From positions 118,978,001-119,042,000 of the forward strand of contig NC_042998.1 in assembly GCF_006345805.1 (NCBI RefSeq): 64,000 nt of DNA, given 5' to 3'. Source of the DNA: Octopus sinensis (lineage: Eukaryota). The position numbers and the translations under genes are program-made. Positions within the stretch are counted from its first letter, which is position 1. Every line of letters begins with the position of its first letter. The notes below the pieces were generated by a model that made no database searches, was not told where the DNA came from, and saw nothing but the letters and a program-made list of their open reading frames with translations. Of this stretch, positions 43,670 through 56,102 are shown piece by piece.

Positions 43670-44210
43670 ACTGGAATTGTAGGCCCGTCTTTTGCAATTT
43701 CGATCAATTGTATCGTATCTTGTCTTCCCTCTTGTATAGAAGTGTAGCTACAATCCAGCCTACCTCTACTTCTGAGGATACATTTTTAATTTTTATCCGG
43801 GACGTCCTACGTCCCAGATATAAAGGTAAAAATAAAATATTTCCACTTTGCAAGGTTCGAGTCAAGTACTCCCTTGCACGCTGCGTTGACTCGAACCTTG
43901 CTTCTATTGTGGCGAATTTATCGCCTATGGTTAGATATCTTTCATAGTCGCACCAAGACACTTTTCGATGGTGCTTTCCTCCAGGTGTTCAAATCTTTTT
44001 TTTTTCTCTACATTGTATACTTTATAGACAATAGTCTTTTCTTTAATTTATTTTTTATTTCGTTTGGTGGTGTTATCCTAAATTCACCGTCTTTGTCGGT
44101 GATCAATCTGAAATAGGTTTGTATTTCTTCCATTTTAATTTTAATGAGTTCGCGCCCGACGACGGCTGCAGCGAAATTCATTTTTGGACTTTCTTCTATC
44201 GAAGGCATTC
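43670..44210 (-). mobile_element. L1/Tx1-type LINE ORF1 N-terminal relic
   Basis: MNFAAAVVG..FATIEARFES..LPLYLGRRTSRIKIKNVSSEV resembles the RRM-like region of Tx1/L1 ORF1; interrupted by a stop/frameshift. Confidence 0.55.
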
Positions 44211-44869
44211 TAACAAAAATGCTTCCGTGTAAACGGTGAAAATATAGTCAATTTCCCTAAACAGGGACACAATTCGAATTTTAAACAATAACCAAAGCTC
44301 CTTCTCCCAAAGGGGGAGGGTTACAGTTTACAATTATTTAACAAATACAACACAACAACGTTTCCCTTACGAGGAACCAACAAACGTGATAATAATAGTT
44401 AAACAGTAATAATAATAACAACAAACCTTACGGTGAATCAAAAGGCAGTACGCAGTTGAAGCTATAGTCCTTTATGTATAAGAAATAAACCAACAGCAGT
44501 ACTCAGTAGAAGTGGCTGTTGGAGAAAACAGACATTACATACAGTCAAACTTCATATAGATACTTAATGCTAGCTAATTAGCAGATGCTCTAATGTAAAA
44601 GCCTTGTAAATGGTATGTGCACAGCTCCATCTGGACTATTCAATTTCTGGACGTTAATTTTATTTTTAATTTATTCCCATTCATGTGAAGCCACTTATTC
44701 AAGTTCAAGACATTCATGCAATTTAAAACCATATGCTATTTCTAATTTTGTTATGTTACGATTACATTATACTTTAGTTTGATTTTAATTATTACTTACT
44801 ACATATAATTCATTTGTTATTATTATCTCTAATTTTTATTGTTAAAGTGAAAGTATCTGACATAAAATA

Positions 44870-45113
44870 GAGAAATGTTTTTGTTTCACTCTTAACACGT
44901 AATACTGAAATAGTGGAGAAGATATGATATTGCTATGGACTCGCTCTTGACAAGAAGTTAAACATTCTTTTTGCCCATGAAACTACATGGACCCTAAGTA
45001 AGGCATGTGTAAAATTTGAATGAAATTGAAATTGGTTGTGTAGTTATCAAGTTTTAGGGAAACACAGACAGACACACACACACACACATTCTCAGTTTTA
45101 TATAGAGAGAGAT
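44870..45113 (+). mobile_element. Helentron/HINE-like non-autonomous element end
   Basis: tgtaaaatttgaatgaaatt..ggttgtgtagtt..(ACAG)/(AC)n..ttttatatagagagagat architecture. Confidence 0.4.
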
Positions 45114-45444
45114 TACTACTAATCACGAAATCCTCCTCTACAATATTTGACAGATAAAATTCAGACAGCCCTGACTTCTAGATATGGCCATTAGACATGT
45201 TCACTCAACTCTGACAGTATTAACTAACAACGCCAAAGATATTGCTACATGACATTACAGAACGGACATAACAGAGAATTACAAACATTTATAAAATCTA
45301 ATCACGTGATCATCCTCGACTAACCAAAACATATTTGAAACAGATACTAATTTGAGTCATGTTCTCTCTATAAAATCAAGACAATTTTTGAATTCCAGTC
45401 AAAAGCAAGGCAGTTGCGCCATAGCTCCACGCCTTCCTCACTCA

Positions 45445-45483
45445 GCTTTTGAAAACCAGAGACATCTGTGAAACCGGTTAAGT
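45445..45483 (+). ncRNA. Minimal hammerhead ribozyme, U3:A8 variant
   Basis: GCTT-TTGAAAA-C-CAGA(gaca)TCTG-T-GAAA-CCGG-T-T-AAGT; palindromic ACCGGT; (TA)n about 55 nt downstream. Confidence 0.7.
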
Positions 45484-45649
45484 CTTTAAAATATCAAAAA
45501 TAAAAAATTCTAAACGAATCCCAGTGCATTTTCTTCTTATATATATATATTGACACTATATCTAATATATATTAAAATAATTCTTGCTGGATAGGTGTTG
45601 AAGTTGAAGTGGGTGTTCATGCTTGAAACTGCGCAATTTAACCTGTTGA

Positions 45650-46170
45650 TTGTGTAAGTAAAGTGAGAATGTATTTTCCCTTATGTTCAAAATATTCTCT
45701 TTTGCGGTTATATCTATTTTTCTACCATATAGAGATTACATCTGCTGTCCCCTCTCTTACTTTTGCTAAATTTGGTCATGATGATTCGGTTTATTTTGGG
45801 CCTGTTTACAATCATGCCCTGCATTTAGGGTTATTTACGATATTAGACAAGCAGGTTGCTTGTCTTTTATTTTATCTCTAAACGAAGTCAATTGTTGCAT
45901 GTATCTTTTTCGAAGGCTTTTCCAATCATGCCGATGTAAGATTTTAACGTCCCTTCTATGCTAGTGATATTAGACTTGTAAACCATTTACCGGAAATATA
46001 TAGTAACAGGATGTTCCTAATGCTATTGTTCTTGCAGGGATTGAAGACTATCGAGGATATCTTGGAAGGGCAACAATAGCTAAATTTAAGCGCGCTTTTA
46101 TTAAAGATCTTGTGATATTTATGTAAACGGGAAAAGTCGGGGAGGTGGATTACCAAGATTCTTAGGTGTA
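45650..46170 (-). mobile_element. Penelope-like linker + GIY-YIG relic
   Basis: HKYHKIFNKSALKFSYCCPSKISSIV; MVYKSNI..KSYIGMIGKAFEKRY. Confidence 0.8.
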
Positions 46171-47126
46171 AAATTACGAATTTTTTCGCGTGAGATTTTT
46201 GATATCATTGTTAATCTAGAAATGAAATGTGTGTGTGTGTGTCTGTCTGTCTGTCTGTATGTGGTTGTGTGGGTGTTGGTGATATGAGTGTATGTGTGTA
46301 TGTGTGCGTAAAAAATAATACAGATAGATTGGTTCACAGCTGTTTCAGATGTGTTTTTTATTGGTATCAGGTGAATACAAGTAAAAATTAAATATTTTGA
46401 ACAAGTGTACAACGTGCCAGTTAATGCTACCGACCCAAATACGGTCAGAGAGTGAAGACTCTAAGCTAGCATCAAGTTTATAAAGAGGAACTCAGTAAGG
46501 GTCCTGGGTTAGGGAGTGGAGTTGGTAGGGGAAAACAAGAAGTAAGCGCGGGGGAGAAATACAGAAGAGAAGAGAGAGAAGGGAAAGTGTGTGATCTCGT
46601 TTGATCTCGTAAAGAGTTGTAAATATTAGGATATTCCGAGTTATTTGAGAGAGTGTTAGACGCAAATGCAATAAAATGCAATAAGAATAGAAAGGTAGGG
46701 TGAAGCAGATAACTACATACATACATAGATATATTCATACATATTTACATACGTAGCTACATGCATGCATATATACATATATAATAAATACATACATACA
46801 TATATACATACATATTGTGTTGTTATCTGTTTATCATTCACCGACCTCGGAACCTGCAATTGGTTTAGATCTAGAGTCTATTGACTGCAGTGCAATAGGT
46901 GCAGTGAGTCTCCCATATGTGACCTGGAGGACTCGGTGTGTATTAAGACTGCCCTTTGTGATTGTACGCACAACCGGAGTACAAATCCGTGTTTACATTA
47001 GTAAGTACGTATTTGTCCTTAAATATTGTTTGTACACTATAGCACTATAAACGACCTGACCTTGGTGTTCTATTTATGTACCTGATTCTCTTGAATCCCG
47101 AAAAACTTATATAATATAATATATAT

Positions 47127-47170
<44 letters not shown>

Positions 47171-47277
47171 TATTATATATATATATACACCCTAATATAT
47201 TTTATACCTATGTCATCAATGCACTGAACAGCGTAGAAAGACCTACAGCTAAAGCATATACATGTGTGTGTGTGTAT

Positions 47278-47336
<59 letters not shown>

Positions 47337-47842
47337 GATATCCAAGATGGCGCCGAACTAGTAAGATGTGTAATTGTACTTATCTGAAAGTTTTGTAGAA
47401 CCTCCAAAAGATCTATGTGATCAGAAGTGAAGTGACCTGTACCGCAAATATAGTTGAAAAGTGTAACAAGTACGCTATATTTGAGAAGGATATTTTGCTT
47501 TTGATGGTAGTATATGCAGCTACAAGGATAACCTATCCAACACGAAGATTTCAGGAATTGAACACGTGTTGTTGAAGCCACGTGTTGCAAAGGGATATAC
47601 AAAGAAAGAAAAAAGTTGCCGCTTTGTTTACCCTGCTAGCATTTCTTTTAGAAGCTACGTCCTGACATCTACAACTTGTTCAAAATATTAAAGTTGCAAG
47701 TTGTTCAAAGCATAAAATATTGTAACTACGGACAACGGAGCTCTGTTTTGTTTACAAAACGCAAGCGGGAACTTGTTCAAGATATTGAAAACAGGAACAT
47801 CGAAGGTCTGTCTTTTTATATCTTTCTTCCTTCTAAAACAAA

Positions 47843-47871
47843 ATGAAGGCAAGTGTTCTCTCAACCAGAAG
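47843..47871 (+). CDS. Candidate first coding exon (MKASVLSTR..), unassigned
   Basis: CAAAATG start context followed by AG|GTAAGA donor, at the end of about 500 bp of non-repeat sequence that starts with CAAGATGGCG. Confidence 0.25.
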
Positions 47872-48149
47872 GTAAGAAAAATTATTCATTAATAATTTAT
47901 TGTATATTCATATATACTCATAGACAGTTTCAACTGTAACACCAATATATCCATAGATATATTCACGCGTGCGTACACTATTTCATATGTGCGTGTTTGT
48001 TTGTATATAAATATACAAGTTGCACGTCCCTGATACAGTCTTTCTCCTTCTCTCAATCATGTCTATATGTTTACCTTTCTCTGTATAGTTTATGCTGGTG
48101 TACATATATATATATAAAATATCTGCACGTCCCTAACTATACAGCCCAC

Positions 48150-51100
48150 TCTTGTCTCTGTCTCACTTTTCCCCTTCTATTCTCACTTCCCCTCTGTTCT
48201 CTCTCACCCCGCTGATCTGCCTTACTCTTTCTCTCTCTGTCTTACCATTCTCCCCTTCTGACACCCTCCTTATCTCTTTCTCCGTCCCTCAGACCCTCTA
48301 TTTTGCTCTTTCATCTCTCTCTCTTTCTCTCTCTCTACCACCCTCTGCTGAACTTCCACTTGCTTTCTTTCTCTGCGTCTCTCCCCACCCTGCTTTCTTT
48401 CAGGTCAATTTCCTAGCATCTCACCCTCTCTCTGTCTCTCTACTTCATTCTTTCTCTCTTGTACCTCTACCTCGCCCTCTCTCATTTTCTCTCTCCCTCT
48501 CTCTGCTTCTCTTCTTTCTCTGCCTCTCTTCTCTCCGCTCCCCTTATCTCTCTTTTCCTCTCTCTCTCCCTTTACTTCTTTCTCTTTACCACACCTCTAT
48601 CCCTCTTTCTCCCTCTCTCCCTCTGCTGATCTGCCACTCTTTCTCTCTCCTCTCGCTTCTCAGGTCGATCCCCTTATCTCTCTCTCCCCAGCTGATCTGC
48701 CACCCCCTTTCTCCCCTTCAGCATTTCTCTTCTCTTCTCTCCTCTCCCACTCAGGTCAATCTCCTTATCTTTCCTCCTCTCCCTGTTCCTTTATTTCACA
48801 CCCTCACTGTATCCCAACCAAAGATGACACGGAACTGGTCCGCAAAAGAATTGCAATTGTTTGTCCGCGCCTGGAAGATTGCTGAAGATGACTCCCCAAA
48901 CAACATCATTGCAGCGGCACTTAAAAGTAATGATTTCTCCAGAACCACCACCCAGATAGAGCGGAAGAAACGCGAATTTCTCCGTTCATATGCTTTAATT
49001 AGACAATATCTCGACATACTTGACATCATCTTGGGAGTGACTGCACCAGGGATGACAAAAAGGATGGAGAAAACATCCAGGACGCAACAGTCCCTCAGAA
49101 GAGCAAAACCAAAGACACAACAGAGAGACCTGCAACCAAGGGAAACAATGGATCTTGTCCAGCCCCCAACACGCCTGAAGACCAAAGAAGTGTGATGGCC
49201 GAAAAAGTAAAGCACCTTAAAACCAAGAGAACAAAAGCTGCTGAAGGCAATGAAAAGCAAGAGGTAAAAGAAAAAAAGGAAAGAACACAACAAAAACTGT
49301 TCAGAAAAAACAGAAGAGCAAGAGTTACAGGAGTTTCAAGGGCAAAAGCAGGAGCATCTGCAAATTTTACTTGCAAGGAAACCGCTGGCATGGCGACGAT
49401 GGTGCAAACTGTCCTTTTGCACACCAGGAGACCTGCCAAAACCGCATGGCCCCAATACAACAATCCCAGGAGGAGGCCAAAAAGAAAAAGAAAATGAAAA
49501 ATACCAAAGAAGGAAAATGGCGCACTGACTACTCCCGAAAGACAATATGCAGATGTAGTGCGCGGTCCAAAAAGGATACTGCATGGCCCAACAAATGCCA
49601 GCTTCACCCAGATGGGAGAAGAGCAGCAGCTGAACAGCAATCTTTTTTTTGCATTGTGCAAAAAATTGTCCAGCAGCTGACTTGGCTACAAAGACAAAGC
49701 TGGAACTATACCTACAAAACATAAGGCCACCACCAACAGGTGCAGGATAGCCACCACAAACACCAACTCACTCGCCACAAAAATATTTCTACTGAACGTA
49801 GGAGGACTGTTGCGCAGCAACTGTAAAAGGAAAATATCATTCTTGAATGACATTGCGGCATGCAATCAATCTCTATGCATGGTACTCATAGAAACGCATA
49901 TTGGACCTGATATAGGGGATGCAGAAATAAACATACCGCAATATGTTGTCATACGCTCAGATAGAAAAGAGAGGAGACATGGTGGAGTTGCAGTGTACAT
50001 CCGAGATGACCTCACGCCCCAGGTCCTGTTGTCATATTCAAACTCAGTGTGTGACACTCAAATTGTACGAATAAGATAACTGAATATCGTCATATGTACT
50101 ACATATCGTCCACCAGATGCCCCAAATCGCACAGGCATGTTTGAAGACTGCCTAACAAAAATAGAAGTTCTCGCCAAACTGGAACAACACAACAGTGTAT
50201 TCTTCATGGGTGACTTTAACTTCCCCAATGTGGAATGGTCTGGGCGGCAGATGCTCCCATGGATGACATACCATCAGCAAGGACGGGTAGAGCCCCTTCT
50301 TCACCTTACAAATACCTCTTTCATGGAGAAAATTGTGCTGCAACCAGCCAGAGCAAATAATATACTGGATCTCTGCTTCACAAATAATATGGACATTATC
50401 CATAATGTTAAAGTGATGCCGACATTGGTCTCGGATTACAACCTAATAGAGCTGTCTATGTATGGACCAAACGCCCCCGCAGACGTACAGCCTATACGAA
50501 GCATCCACAATCTCTCCAAAACTAAACTTTCATAAACCAAGTTGGAAGTTGATTGAGAAAGAGATACTCAAACAGGATTGGCCTAAATGTCTTTTCGCGC
50601 CAGACATTGACATGAAACACAAACGTTTCATGTCCATAATACAAGCCATATGTGACAAATATGTCCCAGTGTGCAGGACCAGCACACACAAAAACAGTTT
50701 CCCTAGGGAAAGGAAGATTCTTATTAGACGACGGACAAGGATTGCGAACCGCCTGAGCAAGTACACCAAAAGTGGTGAGAATTCTCGCCTCGTGAGAATG
50801 CTAATGGAAATTTAGAAAGGTCTGCATCAGTCTCATGAAAAGGAGAGAGCAGATAAAGAAGCTTGGGTTATAGAAAATATCAAGTCAAACTATAAAGCCT
50901 TCTTTAAGTTTGCCAAAGAGACGGCCACAGTGCGCCAGAGGATAGGACCTCTCTTCCAAAAAGTTGGTTCCCTCACAGGAAAACTCATGAGGATAAGTGA
51001 AATACTGAACGAACAGTTCCAAAGTGTATTCACTACACCTCTAGGACACAGGCAAGTAAACAAACCAGAAGAATTCTTTGCCACTTTACCTGTAGCGAAA

Positions 51101-52154
51101 TAGGCAAAATTTGAGTACATCAACATTGAAGATGATGATATCACACTGGCCATAGACGAGATTGACACAAACTCAGCTGCTGGACCTGATGGATTTCCAG
51201 CGATCCTTCTCAAATCGTGCAAACGAGCCCTTGAAAAACCGCTACAGCTTCTTTTTCAGAGCTTTCTTACAAGTGGTAAGCACCCAGGCAAATTGAACGA
51301 AGGGATAATATGCCCTATCCATAAGGGAGGAAGTAGAGCAGATGCTAAAAATTATAGGCATATCTCTCTGACCTCAAACATCACCAAAGTCATGGAACGA
51401 ATAGTCCACAAGAAACTAATCAAGTTCCTTGAAGAAAATGACTTGCTGACTAACCCACCAGCATGGATTTCGACCAGGTAGAAGCTGTCGAACACAACTC
51501 CTGCAACACTCTGACTGGATGTGAAAACAGCTACTAAATGGCTCAAGTGTAGATGTGATATATCTCGACTTTGCAAAAGCCTTTGATAAAGTCGACCATG
51601 GTATGATCTCTCACAAACAGCGTGATCTCGGCATTGGCGGAAAACTTGGAGAGTGGCTGCACAACTTCCTAAAAGATAGAAGGCTGGCAGTGGTGACCAA
51701 TGGAGCCACCTCCAAGGAAACACAAATAACAAGTGGTGTTCCAAAGGGCACTGTCTTGGGGCCACTGCTGTTCATAGTGGCCCTTTCAGACGTACCCTCA
51801 GTTGCTAAGATGGCCACCGTTGTTAGCTATGCAGATGACACAACAGTCTCTCAGACACTACAAAACCTTGGAAATATTGTACATCTGCAACGGGAGTTGG
51901 ATATAATATACTGGTGGGCTGAGGACAACAACATGAAGTTTAATGCAGGGAAGTTCCAAGCCCTACACTACTGGAAAATGAACATACCTCTCGGCAGGAA
52001 ACACAGATTCGGGCAGCGGCGTCACACTCCCTTGTTGACCAAGTGCCAAGTATCAGAGGTGGTTTCACATACTAGAGTAGCTCATCCGACGGTGGTGCCC
52101 CAGCATGGCCGCAGCTTTCGGCCTGAAACACATTTTTAAAGATTTAAAGATTTT
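48150..52154 (+). mobile_element. CR1-group LINE (ORF1 + APE-RT ORF2), both ends present, internal deletion
   Basis: Pyrimidine-rich leader; APE motifs LLNVGGL, LIETH, HGGVAVYI, TYRPP, MGDFNFP, NILDLCF; RT AAGPDG, NYRHISLTS, YLDFAKAFDKVDH, GVPKGTVLGPLLF, YADD; tail ending in tttaaaga repeats. Confidence 0.92.
48824..49724 (+). pseudogene. LINE ORF1: Myb/SANT-like domain, Lys/Glu-rich linker, CCCH-type finger (frameshifted)
   Basis: MTRNWSAKELQLFVRAW..IAAALKSNDFSRTTTQIERKKREFLRSY; ICKFYLQGNRWHGDDGANCPFAH. Confidence 0.7.
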
Positions 52155-52181
52155 ATATCAATATATATATATATATGTATC

Positions 52182-52219
<38 letters not shown>

Positions 52220-52388
52220 CATACATACATACACACATACATACATAGCAAACATAAAGAATACATTATATGCGTATATACATAAATATATATATGTATG
52301 TATATACTTGTAATATATGTATATATATGTATACATACGTGATCATACAAGCATACATACTTTCCTTATGTCTGTACTCTATAAGCAT

Positions 52389-52444
<56 letters not shown>

Positions 52445-52445
52445 G

Positions 52446-52487
<42 letters not shown>

Positions 52488-53018
52488 AGATAGTGGCAAA
52501 ACAGAGGTTAGGAGATGCTGGAAAGTGAGTTATGGGTATCAAAGAATTACATTCATAATTTTGACATCTGCTTAATACAATAACGTTGATTTTCTAAACA
52601 GCATGTTAGACAAATGCGTCCCCATATGTCTATATGCTTGTGTGTGTGTTGCATATCTTTGTAATTGTATATGTGTTCATGTACGTGGATGTGTTTTTAC
52701 TATGAATCACTAAGAATGGCTTGCCTTTGTCTTTGAGAGTTGTATATGTCAGAAATGGTGAAATAATTTCTGTGATGTTAGTGTAACAATGAAAAAAGTC
52801 TTCTCTTCTGAAGTTTCTTTATTCCAGATTCATTGAGGTTTTTCTTCAGGTATAAGGGTTTACGTCTAAGAGTACTTAAGTTGAAAAGTTTTGATTCAAC
52901 AATGCATTGTTTATTCCAAAAACAATGATTGCAAATACAAACAGAATTTGATTTTTTCCAAATATATATATGCACCTATCTAATATAAATTTCTCTCCAC
53001 TCTCTTCCCCTCTTTCTT

Positions 53019-53097
<79 letters not shown>

Positions 53098-53243
53098 ATC
53101 TCTCTTTCTCTCTAATATATTTTTACTCATACAGCAAGCTAGATATAAATACGTCTCTGACACATACATACAATATGTATACTCATATAAATATATATGC
53201 ATGTGATACAAATTATAGCATGCCTGCCTTTGTATATAAGTTT

Positions 53244-53244
<1 letters not shown>

Positions 53245-53322
<78 letters not shown>
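53245..53322. repeat. (GATA)n microsatellite
   Basis: Direct sequence. Confidence 0.95.
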
Positions 53323-53324
<2 letters not shown>

Positions 53325-53610
53325 ACATAGATAGAGAGAGAGAGAGAGAGATTATTATATGTGTTAATGTATCAATATACATGTGTATTCGTCTGTGTGC
53401 TTTGTAGACATATAAAAAGAAGGCATGGGTTAATATAATGCGCACATATATAATATAAAATATAATGTGTATATATGTATTTTGCATACATGAGCCTATG
53501 TATGATGTATAAGCATACAGCATGAGTGTATGTACTAGTAGTGGCATCATATACACATTTATACACATATATATGCACACACATAAATAGCATAAATATA
53601 TATTCATACA

Positions 53611-53830
53611 TAGGAGCGGGTGCTGAATAGTTCCTCGCTTTGGGTAATAGAAAATGCAGGAGTATCAGTTAATTATGATTTTATTCAATATATTCCTATC
53701 TGAGATTGACACAAACATTGCGGCGGTTCTTCAGTGTTCTAATCTCTGTAAAAGAACTCGGAAAGTTGAGCTCTCCAACCATGTCTTTCGTGATACACTT
53801 AACGGCAGGAATTTGCAGCAACCCCTCGTA
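53611..53830. mobile_element. mariner-type MITE
   Basis: Degenerate TIRs taggagcgggtgctgaatagttcct / aggaatttgcagcaacccctcgta, bounded by TA. Confidence 0.7.
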
Positions 53831-53899
53831 TGACCGCGTGTGTACCGTTGGAGATTTTTTTCCTCCGTCTTCCCTTCCTTAGATCTTTCCTTTTCCTAT

Positions 53900-53934
53900 G
53901 TTTCTGACGAAGAGCTCCGCTCGAAACGTTAAAC
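53900..53934 (+). ncRNA. Minimal hammerhead ribozyme in short non-coding element (~53835-54048)
   Basis: GTTT-CTGACGA-A-GAGC(tcc)GCTC-GAAA-CG-T-T-AAAC; palindromic ACGT. Confidence 0.8.
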
Positions 53935-54059
53935 CCTCATTATTTCCTTCTTTCCTGAGCGTCCAATAATACTATACTTGTTCCACGTCCTCGCGTTGTT
54001 GTGTTTTTTCTTTGTGTTTTTTCTTTGTGTTTCATGTTTGGATTAACCATATATATATG

Positions 54060-54147
<88 letters not shown>

Positions 54148-54153
54148 AGTTAT

Positions 54154-54187
<34 letters not shown>

Positions 54188-54345
54188 GGTGAAAAGTTGT
54201 GTGTGAAAGCACGTGGTTGGATATATAGAATATAGAAAAGAGTGAAAAAATCTGCAGAAGGCTTGTTTTATAAGTTAAAGAATATATTTAAGTCGTTATG
54301 TTAGAAGAATGTTATAAAATTTTTCATAGAGTAACATATTTTTGA

Positions 54346-54381
54346 AGAATTTACCGGTTCGTGTTAACTTTTCAAATTTCT
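54346..54381 (-). ncRNA. Decayed U3:A8 hammerhead
   Basis: Reverse complement AGAAAT-TTGAAAA-GT(taac)AC-GAA-CCGG-T-A-AATTCT; one A of GAAA missing. Confidence 0.5.
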
Positions 54382-54841
54382 CAAATGTCTTTACCTACAT
54401 CGTCTTAAGTCTTCGTTTTGCAGTGCAAAGAAGAGTTCCAGGTAGGGGGAGGTAATAAGCGATTTTTTCCGGCATAAGGGAGATAATCGCTTTATGTTTC
54501 TTTTTTAATGGGGTGAGTTTCTCTGTATGAGAATACATATATATGAATTCGTATATATATTTATGTCTTGCCTATATATGTCTGTATATGTATGCAGCTA
54601 TGTACATACGTCTGTATGTTTTAGTGTATGTATATATATTATAGAATGGTTTGGTATTTGCATACACTGCTAAATGTATGTGTAATCCAACATCAATTTT
54701 TTTTAAACAGATATAATTTTTATGTATTAATTGATTAATATTTTACAAATAATTATTTTACCCTGGGTATTTAGACTCTGTCCTTTTTTATAAACCAGTT
54801 TTGATTTAAGGTGTTCCTTGATTTTATAAGATGATTTTATA

Positions 54842-54873
<32 letters not shown>

Positions 54874-54890
54874 TATATATAATATATATA

Positions 54891-55128
54891 CTCTTTTACC
54901 TTTTACTTGTTTCAGTCATTTGACTTCGCCATGCTGGAGCACCGCCTTTGGTCGAGCAAATCGACCCCAGAACTTATTCTCTGTAAGCCTAGTACTTATT
55001 CTATCACTCTATTTCTGCCGAACCGCTATGTTACGGGGAGGTAAACATACCAGCATCAGTTGTTAAGCGATGTTGGGGGGGGACAAACATAGACACACAA
55101 GCACACACACACTCACACACACATACAC

Positions 55129-55168
<40 letters not shown>

Positions 55169-55303
55169 GACGGGCTTCTTTCAATTTCCGTCTACCGAAT
55201 CCACTCAAAAGGCTTTGGTCGGCCCGAAGCTATAGTAGAAGACACCCAAGTTGCCACGCAGTGGGACTGAACCATGTGGTTGGTAAGCAGCCACTCCTGC
55301 GTC
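54891..55303 (-). mobile_element. SINE family B, essentially complete copy with internal (AC)/(TA) microsatellite
   Basis: Head matches 21188-21344 and tail matches 33681-33890; ends gtaaaag repeats on the minus strand. Confidence 0.9.
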
Positions 55304-55795
55304 TATATATGCGTGTGTATATGCATGTATATAAATATATCTATATGGGTATACATATAACTGTATATATATAAATTTATAACTAATTATCAATTATAAT
55401 TGAGGATACACGAAGTACCCCCGTTGCTAGAAATAAGAGTCGAAAAATACTCAAATAAACCACCAGTTCACTGAAAGTCAACAGGCTGACGAAAATCGAG
55501 GAACGAATAAAAATTTTGCCTACCAATGCGGCTGAAAGTCACAAATAAAGATCGCAGATATACCTATATCATGTGATTTCGAACCTAGTGTTTCTCTTAG
55601 TGATCATCAGTGGGTCCTGCCATTGCCAAAAGTTAGATTTATACTCGTTTCGTCACGCCTGTCAAAATCATTGAAAGACCAGCGCCAAATTCAAAGGATG
55701 CCAGTGTGTAACTATAAATAAGTGAATAAATAAGTAAATAATTTATTATTTTCGTCATTATCACTTAACCATTATACCATATACGCACGGACATA

Positions 55796-55849
55796 TGCCG
55801 TAGTGATTAAGAACGCGGGCTACTAAACGAATTCGATTCCAGGCAGTGA

Positions 55850-55853
<4 letters not shown>
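55796..55853 (+). other. Degenerate tRNA-like Pol III head
   Basis: gccgtagtgattaag (A-box/D arm), gcgggctactaa (anticodon arm), attcgattcc (B-box); internally deleted, so not a functional tRNA. Confidence 0.6.
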
Positions 55854-55885
<32 letters not shown>

Positions 55886-55913
55886 GAAGAAGAAGAAGAA
55901 GAAGAAGAAGAAC

Positions 55914-55951
<38 letters not shown>

Positions 55952-56024
55952 TAATAATAATAATAATAATGACGATGATGATGATAATAATAATAATAAT
56001 TATAATAATAATAATAATAATAAC

Positions 56025-56083
<59 letters not shown>

Positions 56084-56102
56084 TAATAATAATAATAATA
56101 AT

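Noticed and set aside
44156-44190. CCGACGA..GAAA motif
   Set aside because: Two-nucleotide loop II and no stem I; lies in the antisense of an ORF1 relic.
48152-48823. Leu/Ser/Pro-rich hydrophobic N-terminus of the 347-aa ORF
   Set aside because: A polypyrimidine tract lacks stops by composition; the ATG at 48824 is the plausible start.
55796-55853. tRNA gene
   Set aside because: Variable/T-arm deletion and no acceptor stem; treated as an element head.
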